DNA of 31,120 bases, taken from positions 1 through 31,120 of the forward strand of contig CBDDBZ010000017.1 of the NCBI GenBank assembly GCA_965225945.1. The letters are read 5' to 3'. This DNA comes from Alphaproteobacteria bacterium. GTDB lineage: Bacteria > Pseudomonadota > Alphaproteobacteria > GCA-2731375. Under the pieces are notes generated by a model. It did no database searches. It had not been told where the DNA came from and saw nothing but the letters and a program-made list of their open reading frames with translations. Every line of letters begins with the position of its first letter. Position 1 is the first letter of the stretch. This document shows, in pieces, positions 7,925-17,848 of the stretch. Both the position numbers and the translations under genes were made by a program.

Positions 7925-8707
7925 TTGAAAGCTACATGGCGAATATCGGTTAAACCATGGTCCTCATGGGTTGCCCTCATCGCTGCGTTCCTGGCGCTGG
8001 GCGGCGCACTTGCAGACGGGAAGGGGCGCGCGAGCAGTGACGTGGATTTACTGTTGGTGATTGCGCTCGATGTATCGGGCAGTGTGGATAAGGGCGAATT
8101 TAATTTACAGCGTGAGGGGCTTACTCGCGCTCTCGCATCGCCGCAAGTGGCTGAGGCAATCGTCGGCGGGGTGAACGGGTCGATTGCCGTTACCGTGGTT
8201 CAGTGGTCGGGTTTTATCGAAAAAATTGTCATGGTTGACTGGGTGAGGGTGTCAAACGCTAGCGATCTATCGCGCCTTGCCGATGAAATCCGTCAGATGA
8301 CGCGCCGCTATGATGACGGCGCGACCGACATCGGGGGAGCCATCAGCTTTTGCCAGCGGCTGTTCGCCTCCGCCCCGTATTCGGGCATGAGACGGGTGAT
8401 TGATATCGTCGGCGATGGCACCAACAATGTAAATTACTCGCCTAATCTCGAACGCGATCGTGTCGTTGAGACAGGAACGACAATCAATGCACTTGCCATT
8501 ACCGCCACCACCTCTACGCTTGCCGGCTATTACCGCGACAAAGTGATTGGCGGCGCCGGCGCGTTCGTTGAATCAGCAGCAGACTACAGCGCCTTTGAAA
8601 CCGCAATGCTTCGAAAACTCGTGCGCGAAATCGGGGGCCGATTATATTCTGCTGGCGCTGACCAACGCCTTCCCGTCATTTCCGCGCCTTCCACTTCATT
8701 CCTCTGA
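7925..8707 (+). CDS. DUF1194 (von Willebrand factor A-like) exported protein; start uncertain
   Basis: Signal-peptide-like WVALIAAFLALGGALA; MIDAS-like LDVSGS, VVQWSG, TDIGGAI, RRVIDIVGDG, VIGGAGAFV, KLVREI. The in-frame start candidate after the IS end and before the hydrophobic segment is TTG 7925. Confidence 0.8.
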   Translation: MKATWRISVKPWSSWVALIAAFLALGGALADGKGRASSDVDLLLVIALDVSGSVDKGEFNLQREGLTRALASPQVAEAIVGGVNGSIAVTVVQWSGFIEKIVMVDWVRVSNASDLSRLADEIRQMTRRYDDGATDIGGAISFCQRLFASAPYSGMRRVIDIVGDGTNNVNYSPNLERDRVVETGTTINALAITATTSTLAGYYRDKVIGGAGAFVESAADYSAFETAMLRKLVREIGGRLYSAGADQRLPVISAPSTSFL

Positions 8708-8961
8708 AAGTAGGAATCCATGGTTTCGGCATCCAGATTTGCGCGTGGTGGGTATAGCGCGACAAATAGGCGAGCACGGCCTCGGGTCCGCCGAAGGGTG
8801 GCTTGGCATGGACGACCCAATCCTATTTGCGGATCGGCGCCAAGAAGGCCTGGAAGGCGTGAGGCTCGGCGAGGGGGCGTAGCCATCGGGTAAGACACGG
8901 CCTTCCATACCGCCGGGCGCCATGGGTTATAGTCGCTCTGCCAAATCGAAGAGAGGGAACC

Positions 8962-9789
8962 ATGGCTCGACTGGACGGCAAGGTCGCCTTCATCACCGGC
9001 GCGGGCTCCGGCATCGGGCGCGCCACGGCCAGGCTGTTCGCGAGCGAGGGCGCGCGCGCCTTCATCACCGGCGCGGGCTCCGGCATCGGGCGCGCCACGG
9101 CCAGGCTGTTCGCGAGCGAGGGCGCGCGCGTCGTCGTCGCGGACATCGACGTTCCCGCCGGCGAGGAGACGGTGGCGCTGGTCGAGGAGGCGGGCCACCA
9201 AGCGGTCTTCGTCGAGACCGACGTCACGGCCGAGGAGAGCGTCGCCGCCGCCGCGACGCGCGCGCTCGAAGCCTTCGCCACGGTGAACGTGCTGCACAAC
9301 AATGCCGGCGGCTCGTCCCTAAAAGACAGCCGGCTGACGGAGGGCTCCATCGACGAATTTTGGCGGGTGATCGGCGTCGATCTCTTCGGCACCTGGCTCT
9401 GCAGCCGCGCCATCATCCCGATCATGATCGAGGGCGGTGGCGGCTCGGTCATCAACATGACCTCGAACGTCGCCCTGATGGCGATCCCCGGCCGCGATTC
9501 CTATACCGCCGCCAAGGGCGGCGTGGCCTCGATGACCCGCTCGATGGCGGCCGAGTACGCCGCCGAGGGCATTCGCGTGAACGCCATCGCGCCCTCGGTG
9601 ACGCTGACGCCCCGGGTGCGCAACATCCTCGCCAACGATCCCTTGGTGGGCGAGCTCTCGCGCACCCACCTGGTGGGCCTGGCGGAGCCGGAGGATATCG
9701 CCAACACGGCGCTGTTCCTGGCCTCGGACGAATCCCGCATCACCACCGGGCACATCCTCACCGTCGACAGCGGCACCACGATCTCCTGA
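8962..9789 (+). CDS. Short-chain dehydrogenase/reductase (NAD-preferring type) with internal 24-aa duplication
   Basis: TGAGSGIG, VADID, NNAG, YTAAK; SD GAGGG upstream. Confidence 0.92.
   Translation: MARLDGKVAFITGAGSGIGRATARLFASEGARAFITGAGSGIGRATARLFASEGARVVVADIDVPAGEETVALVEEAGHQAVFVETDVTAEESVAAAATRALEAFATVNVLHNNAGGSSLKDSRLTEGSIDEFWRVIGVDLFGTWLCSRAIIPIMIEGGGGSVINMTSNVALMAIPGRDSYTAAKGGVASMTRSMAAEYAAEGIRVNAIAPSVTLTPRVRNILANDPLVGELSRTHLVGLAEPEDIANTALFLASDESRITTGHILTVDSGTTIS
8986..9129 (+). repeat. Perfect 2 x 72-bp tandem duplication inside the SDR
   Basis: 8986-9057 is identical to 9058-9129; each encodes AFITGAGSGIGRATARLFASEGAR. Confidence 0.97.
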
Positions 9790-9853
9790 GCCCGCTCATG
9801 GCACTGGAGATGAACCTCGACCGGCGCCAGGGGAGCAGAAGCGGGACTGGCCC

Positions 9854-11944
9854 GTGAGCCGCTATTCTCTCGGCATCGATATCGGCGGCACCTTCACCGA
9901 TATCGTCGTCTTCGATCACCGGGCCGGCGCCAGGCTGAGCCGCAAGGTGCTGACCACGCACGACGATCCCTCGGTGGGCGTGTTGCGGGGAATCGATCTG
10001 ATCGTGAGCCGGGACGGCGTGCCGGCGGGCGAGATCGGCCGAGTGGTGCACGCCACCACGCTCTTCTCCAACGCGCTGATCGAGCGCAAGGGCGCCCGCA
10101 CCGGACTGGTCACCACGGCGGGCTTCCGCGACACGCTGGAGATCGGGCGGGAGCGCAAGTACGAGCTTTACGACGTGAGCATCCGCAAGCCCGAGCCGCT
10201 GGTCCCCCGGCCGCTCAGGCGCGAGGTGGTGGAGCGGGCCCGCGCCGACGGGCGGATCGAGACGCCGCTCGACTGCGATCAGTTGCGCCGGGTGGCGGCG
10301 GGCCTGGTGGCGGACGGGGTCTCCTCGATCGCCGTCGTCTTCCTGCACAGCTACGCCAATCCGAGTCACGAGGTCGAGGCGGCGGCCGCAATTCTGGCTG
10401 CGCATCCAGAAATCGCGGTGACGAGATCGAGCGAGGTGGCGCCCGAGGTCCGCGAATTCGAACGCGCCTCCACCGCCGTCGCCAACGCCTACATCAAGCC
10501 CTTGGCCGCCACCTACCTGGACGCGCTGGCCGCGCGGCTCGCCGAACGCGACATCGCCGCGAGTTTCCTCCTGATGCTTTCCAGCGGCGGGCTCACCCAC
10601 CTGGCCGAGGCGAAGCGGGCGCCCGTGCAACTGCTGGAAAGCGGGCCGGCGGCCGGCGCGCTCGCCGCCGCGCACCTGGGGCGGGCCGATGGCGGCGCCG
10701 ATCTGCTCGCCTTCGACATGGGGGGCACCACCGCCAAGCTCAGCGTGATCGCGGACGGCGAGCCGCTGATCGCGCACGGCTTCGAGGCGGCGCGGCAGAA
10801 GCGCTTCATCGAGGGAAGCGGCCTGCCGATCCGGATCTCCACCATCGAGTTGATCGAGATCGGCGCCGGCGGCGGCTCGATCGCCGGCGTCGACGATATC
10901 GGCCTGCTGAAGGTCGGCCCGAGGAGCGCCGGCTCCGAGCCCGGGCCCGCCGCTTACGGGCAGGGTGGACGCGAAGCGACGGTGACCGACGCTGACTTCC
11001 TGCTCGGCTATTTGAGCCCCGAGTATTTCGCCGGCGGCGAGATGGCGATCGATATGACCGCCTGCCGCGCCGCCATGGCGGCGGTGGCGGAACGAACCGG
11101 CCTATCCCTCGAGCGCGCCGCCTGGGGCATCCACGACATCGTCAACGAGAACATGGCGAGCGCGGCGCGCGTGCATATCGCCGAGCGGGGCCGCGATCCG
11201 CGCTCCTTCACCCTGCTGGCCACCGGCGGCGCGGGGCCGGTGCACGCCTATCACGTCGCGGCCAAGCTCGCCATTCGCCGCGTGATCTGTCCGCCGGCGG
11301 CGGGCGTCGCCTCGGCGCTGGGCCTGCTGTTGGCGCCGGCCCGGGTCGATCGCGTCACCACGCTCACCCGCCGGCTCGAGGAATTGGATTGGCCGGCGCT
11401 GGAGGCGGCGTATCTGGCGATGGAACGCGAGGCGCGCGCGGTGATCGCCGAGACCGGCCTCGACCCGGCGACGGCGACGGTGCAACGCCAGGCCGACATG
11501 CGCTTCACCGGCCAGGCCTTCGAGATCGTGGTGGGGTTGCCGCCGGGACTTTACGACGTGGACTCCTTGCCGGCCTTTCTCGCCGCCTACCAGCGGGTCT
11601 ACCTGGAGAAGTTCACCCGGACGCCGCCGGAGGTGGCGGTGGAGATCGTCAATCTCCGCGTCTCGCTCCGCGCGCCGGTGCCCGGCGGCGGTCTCGGCGC
11701 TTCGAGGCCGGGCGAGGTGGGCACGAGCCCGCCGAAGGGCGAGCGGCCGGTCTACTTTCCTGATTTCGACGGCCCGCGCGCGACGCCGGTGGTGAAGCGT
11801 GCCGGCCTCCGCCCGGGCGACCAATTCCAGGGTCCGGTGATCGTCGAGGAAGCGGAATCGACCTTGGTCATCGGCCCGAGGGCGAGTGCCGAGGTGGTGG
11901 CGAGCGGCAACATCGTGATGACCATGGAGGAGGACGCCGAATGA
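9854..11944 (+). CDS. Hydantoinase/oxoprolinase family subunit A (ATP-binding)
   Basis: DIGGTFTD, ESGPAAG, DMGGTT, IGAGGGS, GPRSAGSEPGPA, ATVTDA; GTG start. Confidence 0.92.
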   Translation: MSRYSLGIDIGGTFTDIVVFDHRAGARLSRKVLTTHDDPSVGVLRGIDLIVSRDGVPAGEIGRVVHATTLFSNALIERKGARTGLVTTAGFRDTLEIGRERKYELYDVSIRKPEPLVPRPLRREVVERARADGRIETPLDCDQLRRVAAGLVADGVSSIAVVFLHSYANPSHEVEAAAAILAAHPEIAVTRSSEVAPEVREFERASTAVANAYIKPLAATYLDALAARLAERDIAASFLLMLSSGGLTHLAEAKRAPVQLLESGPAAGALAAAHLGRADGGADLLAFDMGGTTAKLSVIADGEPLIAHGFEAARQKRFIEGSGLPIRISTIELIEIGAGGGSIAGVDDIGLLKVGPRSAGSEPGPAAYGQGGREATVTDADFLLGYLSPEYFAGGEMAIDMTACRAAMAAVAERTGLSLERAAWGIHDIVNENMASAARVHIAERGRDPRSFTLLATGGAGPVHAYHVAAKLAIRRVICPPAAGVASALGLLLAPARVDRVTTLTRRLEELDWPALEAAYLAMEREARAVIAETGLDPATATVQRQADMRFTGQAFEIVVGLPPGLYDVDSLPAFLAAYQRVYLEKFTRTPPEVAVEIVNLRVSLRAPVPGGGLGASRPGEVGTSPPKGERPVYFPDFDGPRATPVVKRAGLRPGDQFQGPVIVEEAESTLVIGPRASAEVVASGNIVMTMEEDAE

Positions 11945-13554
11945 AGGGAACCACGCCGACGCTGGACGCGGTGCTGCTTGAGGTGCTCTGGACGCGGCTG
12001 ATCTCGATCGTCGACGAGGCGGCGAAGGCGATCGTGCGCACTTCCTTTTCCACCCTCTCGAACGAGGCCAACGATTTCGCCTGCGTGCTGACCGATGGGC
12101 AAGGCGAGCTGATCGCCCAGAACACCGGCTCGATTCCCTCCTTCATCGGCACTTTGCCGGCGACGGTGCGCCACTTCATCGCCCACTTCGGCCATGACGG
12201 GCTCGAGCCCGGCGACGTGCTCTCGACCAACAATCCCTGGCAGGGGACCGGTCACCTGAACGACGTCTGCATCGTCAGGCCGATCTTCCACTCCGGTCGT
12301 CTGGTCGCCTTCTCCGCCACCACCTCGCACGTGCCCGATATCGGCGGGCGGATCCGCTCGATGATCGCGCGGGAGGTCTTCGAGGAAGGCTTCCACATCC
12401 CCTTGATGAAGATCGTCCGGGCGGGCGAGGCGGACGAGACCTTCTTCCGCCTGCTCCGGACCCAGGTGCGGACGCCGGAACAGACCGAAGGCGACATCCA
12501 GGCCCAGATCAGCGCCAACGGCCTGATGGAACGCCGCCTGTTGGCGCTGCTGGAGGAATATCGCCTGGGCGATCTCGACGCTTTGTCAGCTGAGCTGAAT
12601 GGGCGCTGCGAAGCGGCGATGCGGGCGGCGATCCGGAGCTTGCCCGACGGCGTCCAGCGTTTCGCCATGGAGACCGACGGGCACGATCCCGCCACGCCCT
12701 ACCACTTCGAGCTGGCGCTGGAGATCGCCGGCGACACGGTCCGCTTCGACTATAACGGCACCTCGGCGGAGCAGCCGCGCTCGATCAACTGTCCGCTCTG
12801 CTACACCTTCGCGATGTCGGCCTATGCGCTGAAGTGCGCGCTGTTGCCGGAACTGCCGAACAACGCCGGCATGCTGAGGCCGATCTCGGTCTCGGCACCC
12901 GAGCGCTCGCTGCTCAATCCACTGCCGCCCGCTGCCGTGGGGGCCCGGGCCAGCACCGGGCATTACGTGCCGGTGCTGGTCTTCGGGGCGCTGGCGCCGG
13001 TGCTGCCGGATCGCGTGATGGCGGCCCCGGGCTCGCCCTTGTGGAACTGCACCCAGGGCGGCATTCGGGCGGATGGGCGGAGCTATACGACCAACCTGTT
13101 CTTCAACGGCGGCATGGGAGCGACCCAGGGCGGCGACGGCGAGTCGGCGCTTTCCTGGCCCTCCAACCTCTCTTCGACGCCGGTCGAGGTGGCGGAGCAA
13201 ATCTCGCCGCTGCTCTTTCGCTACAAGCGGTTGACGCCGGGCTCCGGCGGCCGGGGGCGCCACCGCGGCGGCCTGGGCCAAGAGATGGAGATGGTGAACG
13301 AATCCGAGACGCCCACCACCGTCACCTTCCTGGGCGAGCGGACCCGGGTGCCGGCGCCCGGCCTCGACGGCGGGGAGGCGGGCGGGCTGGGCGCCGTCGA
13401 GATCAACGGCGTCGCGCACGATCCGCGCGGTGTCTACTTCCTCGAGAGAGGTGACGTGTTGATGGTGCGCACGCCGGGCGGTGGTGGCTTCGGTCCGCCT
13501 GAGGAGCGCGAGGAGACGGAGCTGAACCGCGACGTGACGCATGAATATCTCTGA
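11941..13554 (+). CDS. Hydantoinase B/oxoprolinase family subunit
   Basis: NNPWQGTGHLND, HVPDIGG, EEG, GSGGRGRHRGGLG, TPGGGGFG; ATGA overlap with subunit A. Confidence 0.92.
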   Translation: MKGTTPTLDAVLLEVLWTRLISIVDEAAKAIVRTSFSTLSNEANDFACVLTDGQGELIAQNTGSIPSFIGTLPATVRHFIAHFGHDGLEPGDVLSTNNPWQGTGHLNDVCIVRPIFHSGRLVAFSATTSHVPDIGGRIRSMIAREVFEEGFHIPLMKIVRAGEADETFFRLLRTQVRTPEQTEGDIQAQISANGLMERRLLALLEEYRLGDLDALSAELNGRCEAAMRAAIRSLPDGVQRFAMETDGHDPATPYHFELALEIAGDTVRFDYNGTSAEQPRSINCPLCYTFAMSAYALKCALLPELPNNAGMLRPISVSAPERSLLNPLPPAAVGARASTGHYVPVLVFGALAPVLPDRVMAAPGSPLWNCTQGGIRADGRSYTTNLFFNGGMGATQGGDGESALSWPSNLSSTPVEVAEQISPLLFRYKRLTPGSGGRGRHRGGLGQEMEMVNESETPTTVTFLGERTRVPAPGLDGGEAGGLGAVEINGVAHDPRGVYFLERGDVLMVRTPGGGGFGPPEEREETELNRDVTHEYL

Positions 13555-13641
13555 GCGACAGGGCTTCTGGTAGACTGGTGCAAGCATGGACCGGGGGCGC
13601 GGGCGAACGCCCCTCGGCAATAGAGGAACCGACGTCGGGAA

Positions 13642-15282
13642 ATGACCGCAAGCCGAGCATCAACCCTCCACGTTCGAGGATCCCCCGAACTCGACTTCGA
13701 CGCCATCGTGATCGGGGCGGGCATGTCGGGCATGTACCAGTTGTACCGTTTGCGGGAATTGGGCCTGCGCGTGAGGGTATTCGAAGCCGGTACCGGCGTC
13801 GGCGGTACCTGGTATTGGAACCGGTATCCGGGTGCCCGCTTCGATTCCGAGAGCTACTCCTACGGCTATTCCTTCTCCCAGGAATTGCTCGACGAGTGGG
13901 ACTGGTCCGAGCATTTCTCCTCTCAGCTGGAGGTCGAACGCTACCTGAATCATGTCGCCGACAAGTTCGATTTGCACGGGGATATTCAGTTCTCCAGCCG
14001 CGTCGCCTCCGCCGAATATGACCAAGACGGCGGTTACTGGGCGATAACGCTGGAAGACGGCGCTCGCTATCGGTCTCGGTTCATGATCACGGCGATCGGG
14101 CTGTTGTCCGCGCCGACCATGCCGCGCTTCGAAGGCATGGATGAGTTTCGGGGCCAGTCCTGTCATACCGGGCTCTGGCCGAAGGCGCCGGTCGACTTCG
14201 AAGACAAGCGGGTCGCGGTCATCGGCACCGGCGCGAGCGGAGTCCAGGCGATCCAGGAAATCGCCAAGACGGCCGGGCATCTGACCGTTTTCCAGCGCCG
14301 GCCCAACTGGTGTACGCCGCTCCACAACCGGCCCATCGACAGCCAGGAAATGGCCAGGATTCGGGCGGGCTATCCGGAATTGTTCCAGCTTTGCCGCGAG
14401 ACCGCCGCCTGCTTCATCCACACGGTCGACCCGCGCGGTACCTTCGAAGTGTCCGAGGAGGAACGCCAAGCCTTCTGGGAGGAACTGTATGCCGGCCAAG
14501 GTTTCGGTATTTGGCAGGGCAATTTCCGGGACATGTTGATCGATCGCGAGGCGAACGGACTGATGTCCGATTTCGTGGCCGACAAAATTCGCCAGCGGGT
14601 GAAGGATCCGAAGACCGCCGAAATGCTGATCCCGAAGGATCACGGATTCGGGACGCGCCGGGTTCCCCAGGAATCGCACTATTACGAGACCTACAACCAG
14701 CCGAACGTAAAGCTGGTCAGCATGCTCGAGACGCCGATCGAGCGCATTACCCCCACCGGTATCAAGACCGGCGAGGCCGACTACGAATTCGATATCATCA
14801 TTTACGCAACCGGTTTCGACGCCGTGACCGGCAGTTTCGACCGTATCGATATCAGGGGTATCGACGGGCGGAAGCTGAAAGATAAGTGGCGGGGCGGGCC
14901 GGAGACTTTCGTCGGCTTGATGGTCGACGGCTATCCCAACATGTTCATGATCATGGGGCCGCACGCCGCGCTCGGCAACAATCCCCGGAGCATCGAATAC
15001 AACGTCGAATGGCTACGGGATCTGATCGGCTACATGGGCGAGCGGGACTTGACGGTCGCCGAGGCCCGGCCGGAGGCGGTGAATGATTGGGCCGACGTCG
15101 TCAGAGCGAAGGCCGAGGGTCTGCTGTCGAACGAGATCGACTCCTGGATGACTGGTATCAACATGAACGTCGAGGGCAAGCAGACCCGCACCATCGTCCG
15201 CTACAGCGGCACCGCGCCCGAGTATCGCGCGAGGTGCGACCAAATCGCGGCCGAGGGCTATCGGGAAATCAGGCTCGCGTAG
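13642..15282 (+). CDS. Type I Baeyer-Villiger monooxygenase (FAD/NADPH)
   Basis: GAGMSG, GGTWYWNRYPGARFD, fingerprint FRGQSCHTGLWP, second Rossmann GTGASG, ATGFD. Confidence 0.93.
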   Translation: MTASRASTLHVRGSPELDFDAIVIGAGMSGMYQLYRLRELGLRVRVFEAGTGVGGTWYWNRYPGARFDSESYSYGYSFSQELLDEWDWSEHFSSQLEVERYLNHVADKFDLHGDIQFSSRVASAEYDQDGGYWAITLEDGARYRSRFMITAIGLLSAPTMPRFEGMDEFRGQSCHTGLWPKAPVDFEDKRVAVIGTGASGVQAIQEIAKTAGHLTVFQRRPNWCTPLHNRPIDSQEMARIRAGYPELFQLCRETAACFIHTVDPRGTFEVSEEERQAFWEELYAGQGFGIWQGNFRDMLIDREANGLMSDFVADKIRQRVKDPKTAEMLIPKDHGFGTRRVPQESHYYETYNQPNVKLVSMLETPIERITPTGIKTGEADYEFDIIIYATGFDAVTGSFDRIDIRGIDGRKLKDKWRGGPETFVGLMVDGYPNMFMIMGPHAALGNNPRSIEYNVEWLRDLIGYMGERDLTVAEARPEAVNDWADVVRAKAEGLLSNEIDSWMTGINMNVEGKQTRTIVRYSGTAPEYRARCDQIAAEGYREIRLA

Positions 15283-15401
15283 CGGAACGCCCCGCCCGGG
15301 CGGCGATCGTACGGCCGAGGGTGGCGCCTTCCTACGGCGCCGATCGAGTCCAGCGCCGCGGACAGCCGGGCGATGTCGCCCGCGACTATCGAGAGAGGCA
15401 C

Positions 15402-15438
15402 GCAAAGGAACGGCCCGGCGAGGGTATCGCCGGGCCGT
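15402..15438 (-). terminator. Rho-independent terminator of livK (possibly bidirectional)
   Basis: 12-bp perfect stem ACGGCCCGGCGA/TCGCCGGGCCGT (15410-15438) followed by TCCTTT on the minus strand, between convergent genes. Confidence 0.65.
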
Positions 15439-15470
15439 GGAGGGTTGTCGGACGGGGTCTCGGGCCAGCT

Positions 15471-16580
15471 CTACATGGCCTTGTAGTAGTCGTAGTTGCC
15501 GTTCTTCCACTCGTACATCACGTAGCCGGGCGCGGTCACGTCACCCTTGGCGTCGAAGCCGAACTCGCCGAGCACGGTGTTGAACTTGCCGGCCTTCAAG
15601 ACCTTGATGACCGCGTCGGTGTCGGTCGTGCCGGCCTTCGTCACCGCTTGCGCCCAGGCCTGGATGGTGCCGTAGGTATAGAGCGTATAGCCCTCCGGCT
15701 CGAAGCCCGCCTTGCGGAACTTCGCCACCACCGGGGCGGCATCCGGGTTCTTGCGCGGGTCGGGGCTGAAGGTCATCAGCGTGCCCTCGCCCATTTTGCC
15801 GGTGATGCCCCAATACTCCTGGGTCACCAGCGCGTCGCCCGACATGAGCAGCGCGTCCAGACCCTGGTCGCGCATCTGGCGCACGATGAGCCCGGCCTCG
15901 GTGTGGTAGCCGCCGTAATAGAGCACGTCGATATTGTTCTTCTTCAGCTTGGTCACCAGCGCCGAGTAGTCCTGCTCGCCGGCGGTCACGGTGTCGTACA
16001 GCGCCTCCTTGACGCCGCGCTTGTTGAGCTGCTTCTTGGTCTCGTCGGCGAGGCCCTTGGAGTAGGTCTGCTTGTCGTGGACCACGGCGATCCGCTTGCC
16101 GGCAAAGCTGTCGGCGATGAAGTTGCCGGCGACGATGCCCTGCTGGTCGTCGCGCCCGCAGGTGCGGAAAACGTTGTCGAGTCCTCGCTCGGTCAACTGC
16201 GGGTTGGTCGAGGCCGGCGAGATCTGCAGGATCCCCTCTTCGGCATAGACCTCGGAGGCCGGTATGGACGAGCCGGAGCAGAAGTGCCCGGCCATCAGTT
16301 TGATGCCCTTGTTGACCATCCGGTTGGCCACCGCGACGGCCTGTTTGGGGTCGCAGGCATCGTCGCCGATTTCGAGCTTCAGCTGCTGACCGAGAACGCC
16401 GCCCGCGGCATTGAGGTCGGCCACGGCTTGTATGGCGCCGCGCTTCATCTGCTCGCCGAACGAGGCATACGGCCCGGTCATCGGACCGGCGGTGGCAATG
16501 ACGATCTCGGCCTTGACGGCCGTTGCGCCGAGAGCCAGAGCCGCGGCGGCGGCGTATAGGGTTAGTTTCGGGTAATTCAT
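15471..16580 (-). CDS. livK: Branched-chain amino acid ABC transporter substrate-binding protein
   Basis: Signal peptide; DDACDPKQAVAVAN, GHFCSGSSIPAS, FRTCGRDDQQG. Confidence 0.93.
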   Translation of the reverse strand: MNYPKLTLYAAAAALALGATAVKAEIVIATAGPMTGPYASFGEQMKRGAIQAVADLNAAGGVLGQQLKLEIGDDACDPKQAVAVANRMVNKGIKLMAGHFCSGSSIPASEVYAEEGILQISPASTNPQLTERGLDNVFRTCGRDDQQGIVAGNFIADSFAGKRIAVVHDKQTYSKGLADETKKQLNKRGVKEALYDTVTAGEQDYSALVTKLKKNNIDVLYYGGYHTEAGLIVRQMRDQGLDALLMSGDALVTQEYWGITGKMGEGTLMTFSPDPRKNPDAAPVVAKFRKAGFEPEGYTLYTYGTIQAWAQAVTKAGTTDTDAVIKVLKAGKFNTVLGEFGFDAKGDVTAPGYVMYEWKNGNYDYYKAM

Positions 16581-16683
16581 CTTTTCCTCCCTGATGAACC
16601 ACGTTGTGGGCTCGGTGTCGGCCGGCGCATGCCACCAATCCGGTACCGCCGACCATCACTCAATTGATCTTACTACTGGCGAC

Positions 16684-16711
16684 ACTTTAGCACCCGCGAC
16701 AATTCGGGCAA
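16684..16711 (-). promoter_or_regulatory. Putative internal promoter for livK
   Basis: Minus strand TTGCCC, 16 nt spacer, TAAAGT with TG extended -10. Confidence 0.3.
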
Positions 16712-16764
16712 GCTCTTGGCGCCGGGCCCGGGCCTCGTGGGCGCCCGCCGAGCCCTGGCGAGGT

Positions 16765-17115
16765 CTACCCCGGCGAGCGCTTTTCGCGGTAGCTCCACAA
16801 TCCGGCGCGCTCGTACAGCCAGGGGTACTGGGCGAGGATCTTGGCGACCCGAGTGATGCGGTAGGCGGAGAGCGAGATCGCCATCAGCACCGCGGTGTCG
16901 ATCATGAAGCCGGTGGCGGACAGCAGCTCGCCCTCGAACAGTGCCCAGGTCAGAAAGCGATCGGTGAGCCCGATCAGCACAGCATAGAACACCACTTGCC
17001 CTACCGGCCGCCATGTCCTCGCTACCGCCTGCCCGGTCATGAAGGCGGCGGCGCCCATGATGACGACGGTCACCGTGATGAATACCGCCTGGCTGGTCCC
17101 CAGGATGGCTTGCAA
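16765..17115 (-). CDS. Small membrane protein of alphaproteobacterial liv operons (DUF6867-like)
   Basis: Three hydrophobic segments, TGQAVARTWRP, RFLTWALF, QYPWLYER; TTG start at 17115 after GAGGA. Confidence 0.75.
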   Translation of the reverse strand: MQAILGTSQAVFITVTVVIMGAAAFMTGQAVARTWRPVGQVVFYAVLIGLTDRFLTWALFEGELLSATGFMIDTAVLMAISLSAYRITRVAKILAQYPWLYERAGLWSYREKRSPG

Positions 17116-17122
17116 TCGATCC

Positions 17123-17847
<725 letters not shown>

Positions 17848-17848
<1 letters not shown>

